Virus record (IMG/VR): IMGVR_UViG_3300036398_002324
Origin: a virus
Strand: one strand, 5' to 3'
DNA length: 64,000 nt
Shown here: positions 14,418 through 22,795 of the stretch, one piece after another
How the letters are laid out: every line of letters begins with the position of its first letter
Numbering within the stretch: position 1 is the first letter of the stretch
Notes under the pieces: model-generated
Databases searched by the model: none
The model's input: the letters and a program-made list of their open reading frames with translations, nothing else
What the model was told of the DNA's origin: nothing
Translations under genes and position numbers: made by a program

Positions 14418-14908
14418 TGATAATCGAAGATACAAGCCTTAAAGGCGTTAAATTAATTAAACCAACTGTTTATGAAGACTATCGTGGCACGAATATTGAA
14501 ACGTGGCACAAAGATAATTATGAGCAGTTAGGCGTAAACTTTATTCTTGATAGCGTGTCAACATCCCGTAGACATACACTACGTGGTATTCATGGAGATG
14601 ATTGTACAACAAAACTTGTTTCGTGTTTACATGGAACAATTTATCAAATCGTAATCAATCTTGATGAAGATTCTGACCAATATGGTCAATGGCAAGAATT
14701 TACTTTGTCAGACAGAAACGGATATCAAGTTCTATTGCCTCCGAAACATGGTAATGCACACTTGGTAATGTCGGAGCATTGTGTGTTCAGTTACAAGCTT
14801 GACCAGTATTATGACCGCAAATCACAATACACTGTCAAGTGGAACGATGAGCGTTTTAATATTTACTGGCCAATTAAAAATCCTATTTTATCTGAGAGAG
14901 ATAGATGA
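14417..14908 (+). CDS. rmlC: dTDP-4-dehydrorhamnose 3,5-epimerase-like
   Basis: EDYRG, TLRGIH, KLVSC, HGNAH, YK..WND..IYWP..ILSERD. Confidence 0.85.
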   Translation: MIIEDTSLKGVKLIKPTVYEDYRGTNIETWHKDNYEQLGVNFILDSVSTSRRHTLRGIHGDDCTTKLVSCLHGTIYQIVINLDEDSDQYGQWQEFTLSDRNGYQVLLPPKHGNAHLVMSEHCVFSYKLDQYYDRKSQYTVKWNDERFNIYWPIKNPILSERDR

Positions 14909-15867
14909 GAATAGCGTTAGTAACGGGTGGTTCAGGTTATCTAGGTTCACATCTTGGTAAAGCACTGAAGAAAGCTGGTTACTTTACAGTGTGTTTTGAT
15001 ATTAAAACACCACAGAATGATATCTACTGGGATGTTTATTCTCCTGGTGATATTCGGTCACATGAAGATTTATCAAGAGTATTTGTAAACTGGACACCAG
15101 ATATTGTTTTCCATCTTGCGGGTCGTATTGAAGTTGGTGAATCAGTTTTATCTCCTGAAGTGTTTTGGGATGTCAATGTAGGTGGCACGTGCAATCTATT
15201 AAATTTTATGAGATGTTACAATGTTAGGAATATTGTTTATTCTTCTACTGCCGGCGTTTATCGTTCTCAGCACACTACACTCTCTGAGAAAGCGGAAATA
15301 ACAAATAACAATCCATATTCAAACAGCAAATATGCTGCCGAATGTGCGATTCGTGACTCCAAAACAAAACATATTATTTTTAGATTCTTCAATCTTGCGG
15401 GTGCAGACCCAGACGGTGAAATGGGCGAAATGCATGAACCCGAAACACATTTGATTCCGCTAATGTTCGAAAGTCTAAATAATAAAAAGGAGTTTATTGT
15501 AAATGGTAACGATTATAATACACCTGATGGTACATGTATTCGTGATTTTGTGCATGTTTCCGATGTAGCAGATGCTCATGTGTTAGCTGACAATTATTTA
15601 CAAACAAAGTACGAAAGTCAACCTACTCTGTTCAATTTAGGATTAGGAAAAGGTTACACCAACTTGCAAGTTATAAACACCGCAATGTCTGAACTTAAAC
15701 TTAATATTGAATATCAAATTGGTAAAAGAAGAGAAGGTGACCCATCAAAACTCGTTGCCAACATAGATTTGGCAAAACAACACCTTAATTTTAAACCTAA
15801 ACATAATTTAAAATCCATTTTAAAAACAGCTTTTAACTGGCATGAATACCAACGACAAATCGATTGA
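14905..15867 (+). CDS. galE: UDP-glucose 4-epimerase-like SDR
   Basis: TGGSGYLG, YSSTA, YSNSK, ETHLIP, DGTCIRDFVHV. Confidence 0.9.
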   Translation: MRIALVTGGSGYLGSHLGKALKKAGYFTVCFDIKTPQNDIYWDVYSPGDIRSHEDLSRVFVNWTPDIVFHLAGRIEVGESVLSPEVFWDVNVGGTCNLLNFMRCYNVRNIVYSSTAGVYRSQHTTLSEKAEITNNNPYSNSKYAAECAIRDSKTKHIIFRFFNLAGADPDGEMGEMHEPETHLIPLMFESLNNKKEFIVNGNDYNTPDGTCIRDFVHVSDVADAHVLADNYLQTKYESQPTLFNLGLGKGYTNLQVINTAMSELKLNIEYQIGKRREGDPSKLVANIDLAKQHLNFKPKHNLKSILKTAFNWHEYQRQID

Positions 15868-16375
15868 TTTTGAACAACTCACAAATTTTCTTTCAGGTGG
15901 TATTGATACGAATAGTATTGAATCACTTTCGAAATGGATAATGAGTGCGAAGTTTAATAAAATCGATAAGCCACTAACACTACACATAAACTCTGAAGGT
16001 GGAGAATTGGGTAGTGCTATAGGCTTGGTTGACTTGATGCGTGGTGTGGGTATACCAATACGCACACTTGGTTATGGAAATATCATGAGTGCAGCGTTTG
16101 TGATTTTCGCTGCCGGAGAAAAAGGTTATCGAGCAATAGGAAAAAACACTACAATAATGATTCATCAGTTTAGTGATACTATGGAGGGAAAGTATCATGA
16201 TATGCGTTCTTATGCAAAAGAATGCGACCGATATAATCATAAAATGGCACAACTACTTTCCGAGTGTTCGAATCTTTCTGTCCGAGATGTAAAATCAAAA
16301 TTTCTCAGACCAACAGATGTTTGGTTGTCTGCGGAAGAACTTGTTGAATATGGTATAGCAGATATTATCTTTTAG
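15842..16375 (+). CDS. clpP: ClpP-like protease subunit
   Basis: LHINSEGG, MSAA (catalytic Ser), IMIHQ (His), DVWLSAEELVEYGIAD. Confidence 0.85.
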   Translation: MNTNDKSIDFEQLTNFLSGGIDTNSIESLSKWIMSAKFNKIDKPLTLHINSEGGELGSAIGLVDLMRGVGIPIRTLGYGNIMSAAFVIFAAGEKGYRAIGKNTTIMIHQFSDTMEGKYHDMRSYAKECDRYNHKMAQLLSECSNLSVRDVKSKFLRPTDVWLSAEELVEYGIADIIF

Positions 16376-16386
16376 GAGCAATAAAT

Positions 16387-16539
16387 ATGTTGTCTGGAGG
16401 CAATAAATTTCAGAAAACGAAAAAAACCAAGTTTAACAAAAATCGTGAGACTTATGAAAATCCACCAATGAAGAATCAAAAACATCGTGACAAATCGATG
16501 TATAGATTACTAAAACAGGAAAAAGATTATGTCATATAG
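16387..16539 (+). CDS. small basic hypothetical protein (50 aa)
   Basis: AGGAG SD; MLSGGNKFQK... Confidence 0.55.
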   Translation: MLSGGNKFQKTKKTKFNKNRETYENPPMKNQKHRDKSMYRLLKQEKDYVI

Positions 16540-16705
16540 AGAAGTAATTAAAAATCGGATTATTGAGTTAGAGAAAAAAATTCAAGAATCCAATAATGAC
16601 CGAATAGCACTAGAAGCTTTACGTTCAGAATTAGTCAAGCTTAACATGCAAGATTTTGAGGAAGATATGCGTGAAGAATCTGGACAGCAGTTGCTAAAAG
16701 GTTAA
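16529..16705 (+). CDS. small coiled-coil protein (58 aa)
   Basis: MSYREVIKNR...QQLLKG*. Confidence 0.55.
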   Translation: MSYREVIKNRIIELEKKIQESNNDRIALEALRSELVKLNMQDFEEDMREESGQQLLKG

Positions 16706-16710
16706 GCATC

Positions 16711-16762
16711 TGTTGTACAAAAACAACATGTAGTTGACATTCATCAGTTTTCGTAGTATTCT
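16711..16762 (+). promoter_or_regulatory. sigma70-type promoter with upstream GTTG-N8-CAAC
   Basis: TGTTGTACAAAAACAACA 16711-16728; TTGACA 16734-16739, 17 nt, TATTCT. Confidence 0.65.
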
Positions 16763-16768
16763 ATTATT

Positions 16769-17128
16769 ATGAAAACTGTTCCTACAATAGGCTCTGATAT
16801 AGAAGTCTCTTGCAAATTTTATACTGGTGTCAGTAAATTTGCAGGTACCGTTATTACTCCTTACAAATGGCTATCAGCCGACGAGTTTTGTTTGCAAACT
16901 GGCAACAAAGCATTTCCTATTTCTGTTATCAATTTGAAATCTGTTGTTGATTTGAAAATACTTAAAGGTTCGACAACAAAAACCCGCAAGTTCAAAATCA
17001 AAGGTTCTAAAGACCATGAATATTTTGTAACTTTAGTAAATGACAATTATTCTTGTTCTTGTATTGGTTTCAAATATCACAATAAATGTAAACACATATC
17101 AAAAGTGAAAGAGATTATTACCAAATAA
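16769..17128 (+). CDS. SWIM zinc-finger protein
   Basis: CSCIGFKYHNKCKHI. Confidence 0.8.
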   Translation: MKTVPTIGSDIEVSCKFYTGVSKFAGTVITPYKWLSADEFCLQTGNKAFPISVINLKSVVDLKILKGSTTKTRKFKIKGSKDHEYFVTLVNDNYSCSCIGFKYHNKCKHISKVKEIITK

Positions 17129-17132
17129 CCTC

Positions 17133-17161
17133 TTGACAATCCACAACCGCGTTGATATAAT
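17133..17161 (+). promoter_or_regulatory. perfect sigma70 promoter
   Basis: TTGACA-17-TATAAT. Confidence 0.8.
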
Positions 17162-17170
17162 GGTATTGTT

Positions 17171-17563
17171 ATGATGATTCGTATATACTCAAAGTCGAAG
17201 AAGAAAAAGTTGACAAAGAAGCAATTGCAAGAACAGCAAGACTTCATTGCTTCAATCAACAAGATACCGCTACCTTCTGGTGGCAAGTATCCTGCTGCTG
17301 CGACTCAAAAAGTCAAAGAGAAGTCACTGATGCCGTATCGTGTTCCGCGTGATGTGGTAAGCGCACCATCACTACCTGACACACACAAAGGCGCATTGAC
17401 TAAAACGGGTATCATGAAAGACTATCACAAACTCTCACCCGCCGACCGTGAGATTGTGAACGATGTTGCATCCTGTACGGCACCAATGCACAAGGGTAAT
17501 TATGTTTACGTTACTCCTGGCATGAATCCTGCGGGTCTTGGTCGGAAAAACGAAGTATTGTAA
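17171..17563 (+). CDS. basic hypothetical protein
   Basis: APMHKGNYVYV motif. Confidence 0.7.
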   Translation: MMIRIYSKSKKKKLTKKQLQEQQDFIASINKIPLPSGGKYPAAATQKVKEKSLMPYRVPRDVVSAPSLPDTHKGALTKTGIMKDYHKLSPADREIVNDVASCTAPMHKGNYVYVTPGMNPAGLGRKNEVL

Positions 17564-17566
17564 TGC

Positions 17567-17595
17567 TTGACAAACTAACCAAGCTTTGCTATACT
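17567..17595 (+). promoter_or_regulatory. sigma70 promoter (extended -10)
   Basis: TTGACA-17-TATACT with TGn. Confidence 0.75.
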
Positions 17596-17626
17596 ATTAT
17601 TTCTACTGTTGAATGGAGTTTTGATT

Positions 17627-18058
17627 ATGGCACAAACTAAATCGGCCACTTATTGGTCACAGCGTAAAGCAAAAAGTTCTGGCAAACTTGTTCGTTGGGA
17701 ACGTCTTTTGACTGTTCTTGGCAACGGTGGTGTTGTTACTCTCAAAGAGATTCAAGATACAATGGAATATCCCAATATGTATCGAATCGGTGCTGAGATT
17801 CTGACACTGAAATACAATGGTGGTGTTGTTCGTGCAAACAAAAATGGTCGTAATGTTGTCGGTTACGAACTTATTAATGCACAAGAAATGGTTGCAAAAT
17901 TTCTGACACCACGTGGCTTCACTGTTGCAAACATTGTTGGTCGTGTAGATAACATTGAAAAACTTTCTGATCTCAAATCAGAAGTTCAACCTAAAGCAAC
18001 AAAAACTAAAAAAACAAAAGTTGAAGAAACACTTGAGGTTGAAGAAGTTACTGAGTAA
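17627..18058 (+). CDS. hypothetical protein, possible winged-helix
   Basis: GGAG SD before ATG 17627. Confidence 0.65.
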   Translation: MAQTKSATYWSQRKAKSSGKLVRWERLLTVLGNGGVVTLKEIQDTMEYPNMYRIGAEILTLKYNGGVVRANKNGRNVVGYELINAQEMVAKFLTPRGFTVANIVGRVDNIEKLSDLKSEVQPKATKTKKTKVEETLEVEEVTE

Positions 18059-18163
18059 ACAGTTTCGGGGTGATTGCCGTCAGCGGGACATAGGCTCATC
18101 ATTAAATAACAATGAATGTCGGGAGACATCCACGTGCCCCTTCCTCTTTTTGCAAGGTAAAAA

Positions 18164-18391
18164 ATGTCCAAACTCAAAGATTGGTTAGTTACAAAATATT
18201 TAAATTTCGAAACACAAGCCGTCAAAGCAATGCAGACGGCTGATTTTTATGGTAATCTTTTTACCGAACGGCAAAAGTTTTACATTGCCGTTTTTTTCAT
18301 GTTGTTGATGTTAATGGCAGGTCTTTATGGCGCAGTTCAATTCATAGGTCTTGTTTATATCATGAGTAAATTAACACCCGAAGATAAATGA
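18164..18391 (+). CDS. small membrane protein
   Basis: hydrophobic C-terminal half. Confidence 0.6.
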   Translation: MSKLKDWLVTKYLNFETQAVKAMQTADFYGNLFTERQKFYIAVFFMLLMLMAGLYGAVQFIGLVYIMSKLTPEDK

Positions 18392-18930
18392 ATATTTTCT
18401 ATCTCCATCCTGATCCGAAAACGTGTGCAGAATATCACAACGATAAACACGTGGTCAAAATGATCATTGAGTATGCACAATTACTTTCAACTGCACATCG
18501 GATTTTGGATGGCGATGAATACATTGACTTGACTGCAAACAATCGTAAAATTAAACGTTGGCGTTTGCCTGATGAGCGTGAACAAACACTCATGAAAGCA
18601 TCACACATTAATCATCCTTCAAATGTATGGGCACGTGCAAATCATTTGAATTATAAATGGTTGTACGAACTCTGGTGCAATTTGCTGGATGAGTATACGT
18701 ATCGATATGAAAAAATTCACTCGTGTGCAAGATTGAAAAACATTCTGGCAAAAACGCCAGAAAATATTCCTCTTGGTTTGCGTGAATCTGAGCCAACGCC
18801 TGCTATGCCCGATGATGTAAAAATTCTGAACGATTCGTTGGCATCATATCGCAATTACTATACAAAAAACAAAACACACTTAGCCAAGTGGAAAAAACGA
18901 CCAGTGCCTGAATGGTACGCTGCTATATAA
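18388..18930 (+). CDS. pyrimidine-dimer DNA glycosylase/endonuclease V-like protein
   Basis: MNIFYL..DKHVVKMIIEYAQLLSTAH, HINHPS, YRNYY. Confidence 0.75.
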   Translation: MNIFYLHPDPKTCAEYHNDKHVVKMIIEYAQLLSTAHRILDGDEYIDLTANNRKIKRWRLPDEREQTLMKASHINHPSNVWARANHLNYKWLYELWCNLLDEYTYRYEKIHSCARLKNILAKTPENIPLGLRESEPTPAMPDDVKILNDSLASYRNYYTKNKTHLAKWKKRPVPEWYAAI

Positions 18931-18934
18931 TAAT

Positions 18935-19234
18935 ATGCCTACTTATGACTTTTTAAATACTGAAACAGGTGAAGTTGAAGAACGATTCATGTCGTTATCT
19001 CAACGTGAACAGTTTCTCAAAGATAATCCACACATGCAACAAATGATTGGCGCCACTGCTACTGTCAGTGGTGTTTCAATCACTGGTAAAATCCCTGACG
19101 GATTCAAAGAAGTTCTTGCAAAAGTTTCTGAGAATCATAAACAATCCTCTGTCGCAAATCGACACGGTAAAAAATCTATCAAAGAATCACAGACACAACA
19201 AATCGTAAATAAACATTTAGGTAAATTTAATTAA
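18935..19234 (+). CDS. FmdB-like small protein
   Basis: MPTYDF..TGE start, PDGFKEVL. Confidence 0.6.
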   Translation: MPTYDFLNTETGEVEERFMSLSQREQFLKDNPHMQQMIGATATVSGVSITGKIPDGFKEVLAKVSENHKQSSVANRHGKKSIKESQTQQIVNKHLGKFN

Positions 19235-19899
19235 TGAGAATATTTGAACATGTAAATTTACCGCAACTTCAATTTGATCTTAATGCTGAGACTACCGATG
19301 GTGGTAGGCTTTATACGACACCTGAGGGTAAAAAGTATAAGTCTATCACTACAGTGCTTTCCCATTATAATAAACAGGGCATTTACGAATGGCGTCAGGC
19401 TGTTGGTGAAGAATATGCCAACAAAGTATCAAAGAAAGCATCCAATCGTGGTACAAAAGTCCACAAGATTTGTGAAGATTATCTCAATAATGAGATACCC
19501 GAATTAAAGATGCAGATGTTGATGCCTGACCTGAAAGAATTATTTTTCAAGATTAAACCAATAATTGATGATAATGTTGGCAAAGTTTATGCACAAGAAC
19601 AAGCATTGTATTCTGACAAATATAGAATTGCTGGTCGAGTTGACTTAATTGCTGAATGGAATGGTAAGTTATCCGTTATTGACTTCAAAACGTCTACGAA
19701 ACAAAAGAACGAAGAAGATATTCAGAATTACTTTATGCAGTGTACAGCATATGCTTTGATGTTTGCTGAACGCACCGGTATTTGGATTGATGATATTGTT
19801 GTATTGATTGCCACTGAAGAAGGTGATGCCTTGCTATTTGAGCGCCAAATTGATGCGTATCGGAAACCTCTAATGGAGTATATTGATAAATATGCTTGA
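19234..19899 (+). CDS. PD-(D/E)XK exonuclease
   Basis: SITTVL, RGTKVH, AGRVDLI..IDFKTS, QCTAYA. Confidence 0.85.
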   Translation: MRIFEHVNLPQLQFDLNAETTDGGRLYTTPEGKKYKSITTVLSHYNKQGIYEWRQAVGEEYANKVSKKASNRGTKVHKICEDYLNNEIPELKMQMLMPDLKELFFKIKPIIDDNVGKVYAQEQALYSDKYRIAGRVDLIAEWNGKLSVIDFKTSTKQKNEEDIQNYFMQCTAYALMFAERTGIWIDDIVVLIATEEGDALLFERQIDAYRKPLMEYIDKYA

Positions 19900-19914
19900 T
19901 AATTTGGAGGCATT

Positions 19915-20445
19915 ATGCTATCATTCAAACAATACGAACAATTAGACGAGGGTAATCCTCTAGCCAGACTGCACAAACATGCCGAAGAAGGCAGACACTA
20001 TGCGGTTATGTCTTCACAACGACCGCATGATGAAGTGTCTCCAGAAGATAATAAGAAGCGCCATGAAGAGTTAAAAAAGAAATTAACTGCACAGGGTTAT
20101 GCTCATAAAGAAGTAGAAGGTCATTGGGAAGGCGGCAAAGAAAAGTCTATATTGGTACATGCTAAAGGAAAAGGAGATGAACACGGCAAACAGTTGCTCC
20201 ACGATATTAAAAAACATGGAGAACATTATAATCAAGACTCAATCTTACATCATGATGGAAAAACAGCGACCCTACATGGAACAAACAAAACAGGTTTCCC
20301 AGGACACGGTAAGACAGAGACAGTAGGTAAAATGGCGTATAATAAAGCACATGCGCCATTTCAAACAGAAATGAAACCGAAGTCAGATAAACCGTTGAAA
20401 CCTGGAAGAACAGCGAAAAGTTCTGCAAGATTCACAACGGAGTAA
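19915..20445 (+). CDS. putative internal virion protein with DUF3293/SAM-lyase-like core
   Basis: N-terminal LSFKQYEQLDE resembles a T4 capsid-targeting/cleavage leader; EGHW..EKSILV..YNQDSILH core. Confidence 0.5.
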   Translation: MLSFKQYEQLDEGNPLARLHKHAEEGRHYAVMSSQRPHDEVSPEDNKKRHEELKKKLTAQGYAHKEVEGHWEGGKEKSILVHAKGKGDEHGKQLLHDIKKHGEHYNQDSILHHDGKTATLHGTNKTGFPGHGKTETVGKMAYNKAHAPFQTEMKPKSDKPLKPGRTAKSSARFTTE

Positions 20446-20447
20446 TT

Positions 20448-20618
20448 ATGGAAATTAGTGAAAAAGAATACGATGAAAAATTGGATGAATATCTGAGAGA
20501 ACAAGGACCAAATCTAGGTGAAACATTTTTTGGCGCATGGGGTTGGTATGCAACAAAACGAAATGAGTTTAATGCGATATTGAAAGAGGAAGGAATTGTT
20601 GTAATCCCTTCAAAGTGA
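20448..20618 (+). CDS. small hypothetical protein (56 aa)
   Basis: GGAG SD; MEISEKEYDEK... Confidence 0.55.
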   Translation: MEISEKEYDEKLDEYLREQGPNLGETFFGAWGWYATKRNEFNAILKEEGIVVIPSK

Positions 20619-20938
20619 AGGCATTCTGGACGAGGGTTCGATTCCCTCCATCTCCACCAGAAACATTCTTGTCCATGGAGTTGGGAACGGACAGATAAAC
20701 CGTGAGAGTGTTTCTCATGGGGATGACCTGGTTTCGACAGGGTGAGATAGCAGAGAAGGCAACACGAAAGGCGACGGACGTAATCCGAGCAAATAATATA
20801 ACCGCAAATGACGAGTTATACGCTCTAGCAGCCTAAATTGCTAGATGAGGTTTCGCCGACTGTCCTTATTATCCAATCAGTCGGCATCAATTATGGGTTT
20901 GGTGGCATCACCCGAACAAGAGTTCAAAAAACCACCAC
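20617..20938 (+). ncRNA. ssrA: circularly permuted (two-piece) tmRNA
   Basis: T-arm plus CATCTCC-A-CCA (to 20659) precedes GGGGATG..TTCGAC (from 20719) with G3.U70; tag ANDELYALAA* 20804-20836; downstream pseudoknots; ends approximate. Confidence 0.9.
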
Positions 20939-20955
20939 TTACACGGAGTTATATT

Positions 20956-21678
20956 ATGAAAATTTATTTGTCTAAGTCACGATATCATTGGATATCTCCA
21001 TATACGATGCTAGACTATTTGTTCTTTTGGACAAAATGGTCAAAGTGTAGCCGAGACAAAAAAGCATACAAATATCCCGAATCAGATGATTGGGTTGATC
21101 CGCCAGCTTGGGTTGAAAAATGGGCAGACCGCCTAACTCCTGTTTCTATCACACTTCAAAAAATTCTTGATAAAATTCATCCTGAAATTAAGTATGTGAA
21201 GATTGACTACTGGGATGTGTGGAGTATGGATCACACTCTTTCACCAATCATTCTTCCAATGTTGAAGAAACTCAAAGAAGTAAAACATGGTTCTGGCTTC
21301 GTTGACATGGAAGATGTACCAGAACATCTAAGATGTACGACAACTGAAGATTGGGACAGTCAACGCACATTTGATTTTTATAATGAAGATGTTCCAAAAG
21401 AAGGTGTTGCAGATATTCATGCACGATGGAATTGGGTGCTTGATGAAATGATTTTTGCGTTTGAACATCTTGTTGATGATTCGTGGGAAGAAAAGTTTAG
21501 TTCTGGTGAAATAGATTGGAAGTTTGTTCCTTGTGAAGACAATTCAAAACTCAGTCGTATTGAACACGGCCCTAATCACACATATGTTTGCGACTATGAC
21601 GGATTACGCAGAGAATATGATCGTATAGATAATGGTCTTCGTTTGTTTGGTAAATATTATCGTAACTTGTGGGATTAA
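20956..21678 (+). CDS. conserved phage hypothetical protein
   Basis: GGAG SD; WDVWSMDHTL, WVLDEMIFAF, GLRLFGKYYRNLWD. Confidence 0.8.
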   Translation: MKIYLSKSRYHWISPYTMLDYLFFWTKWSKCSRDKKAYKYPESDDWVDPPAWVEKWADRLTPVSITLQKILDKIHPEIKYVKIDYWDVWSMDHTLSPIILPMLKKLKEVKHGSGFVDMEDVPEHLRCTTTEDWDSQRTFDFYNEDVPKEGVADIHARWNWVLDEMIFAFEHLVDDSWEEKFSSGEIDWKFVPCEDNSKLSRIEHGPNHTYVCDYDGLRREYDRIDNGLRLFGKYYRNLWD

Positions 21679-21680
21679 TT

Positions 21681-21854
21681 ATGAATAAATCTTTTTTACT
21701 AATTGGTGGTACAGTTGTTTTGGTTATGCTTTTGATTGTATTTATACCACAACCTAAAGGTACTTACATCAATTGTGGACTGTCCGAAATCTCTCCAGAC
21801 TTTACGCCAGAGATGCGGAAAATGTGTCGTGAAGTGAGAGCAACCAAATTATAA
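21681..21854 (+). CDS. small membrane protein
   Basis: N-terminal TM; CGLSEISPDF. Confidence 0.6.
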   Translation: MNKSFLLIGGTVVLVMLLIVFIPQPKGTYINCGLSEISPDFTPEMRKMCREVRATKL

Positions 21855-21858
21855 AATG

Positions 21859-21866
21859 ACTAAATA
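21859..21866 (+). promoter_or_regulatory. late promoter variant ACTAAATA
   Basis: TAAATA core in an intergenic region. Confidence 0.5.
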
Positions 21867-21921
21867 AAAGACTGGCACCACACACACTCGCCAGTAAATA
21901 CACACAACACAGGAGAAACAC

Positions 21922-22194
21922 ATGAGTAATCTGACACCGTTTGAGATTCGTCTTGAACTTCTAAAAATGGCGAAAGAATTATTGTTAGAAGAGTACCACT
22001 CTAACAAAGATCGTCTAACCAATGAATGGCACGTAAAGGTAGAGTCCGCCAAGTTAAATGGACAAGCAATACCTGAACATCCAGCCTTTCCAACTTATCC
22101 CTCAGAAAGCGACATCATTACCAAGGCACAGTCCTTGAATGGATTCGTATCTAACATTACAGCAGAAAAAACACAGAGCAAAAAATCTGCCTGA
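21922..22194 (+). CDS. conserved phage hypothetical protein
   Basis: AGGAG SD; TPFEIRLELLKMAK motif. Confidence 0.75.
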   Translation: MSNLTPFEIRLELLKMAKELLLEEYHSNKDRLTNEWHVKVESAKLNGQAIPEHPAFPTYPSESDIITKAQSLNGFVSNITAEKTQSKKSA

Positions 22195-22202
22195 CGGGAC
22201 CG

Positions 22203-22220
22203 GGTGTGCTTCGGCACACC
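22203..22220 (+). other. UUCG tetraloop hairpin
   Basis: GGTGTGC-TTCG-GCACACC, no U tract. Confidence 0.6.
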
Positions 22221-22240
22221 TCTAACTTATAGGAGAAAGT

Positions 22241-22795
22241 ATGCGTTACATCACACTAACGATTTGTAGTTTATTTGCAGCATTTATTGTTTATACCGGT
22301 CATGCAGCAGCACAAGTTGAAATTCCAATTGCACCGAAAATTCAATTAGATGATTTAACACCTTCCGCCAGACAAGAAGTTGAATGTCTTGCACAGAATA
22401 TGTACTTTGAAGCTGGTGGTGAGCCAGAAAAAGGACAGTTAGCAGTTGCATTTGTTACTCACAATAGGGCACAGTCTGGTGCATTTCCAGATTCATATTG
22501 TGGCGTGGTAAAACAAAGAGTTGGTTCAATTTGCCAATTTTCTTGGTATTGTGAAAAAAGAGCAAAGATGATGATTGACCGTGGACTCTTGACAATTGAG
22601 AACAACTCTGTATATAATAGAATAACTGAAATGGCTTTGAACTTTTATCTTTATACAGAAACGTTCAAAGACCCAACAAAGGGTGCATTATTTTTTCATG
22701 CAAACTATGTGAAGCCGATGTGGAATAACATGAGATATACTGCACAGATAGGTAGACATTTATTTTACAACAAAGTTTCTAGAAAGCCAGCATGA
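22241..22795 (+). CDS. cell wall hydrolase (SleB/Hydrolase_2)
   Basis: CLAQNMYFEAGGE..GQLAVA..NR, CQFSW, GALFFHA, IGRHLFY. Confidence 0.9.
   Translation: MRYITLTICSLFAAFIVYTGHAAAQVEIPIAPKIQLDDLTPSARQEVECLAQNMYFEAGGEPEKGQLAVAFVTHNRAQSGAFPDSYCGVVKQRVGSICQFSWYCEKRAKMMIDRGLLTIENNSVYNRITEMALNFYLYTETFKDPTKGALFFHANYVKPMWNNMRYTAQIGRHLFYNKVSRKPA

Noticed and set aside
19234-19899. Cas4-like nuclease as evidence of a CRISPR system
   Set aside because: It is a common stand-alone PD-(D/E)XK exonuclease of T4-like phages, with no Fe-S cysteine cluster or array seen.
20845-20955. N-terminal extension of ORF 20845-21678
   Set aside because: It overlaps the tmRNA pseudoknots; ATG 20956 has a GGAG SD.
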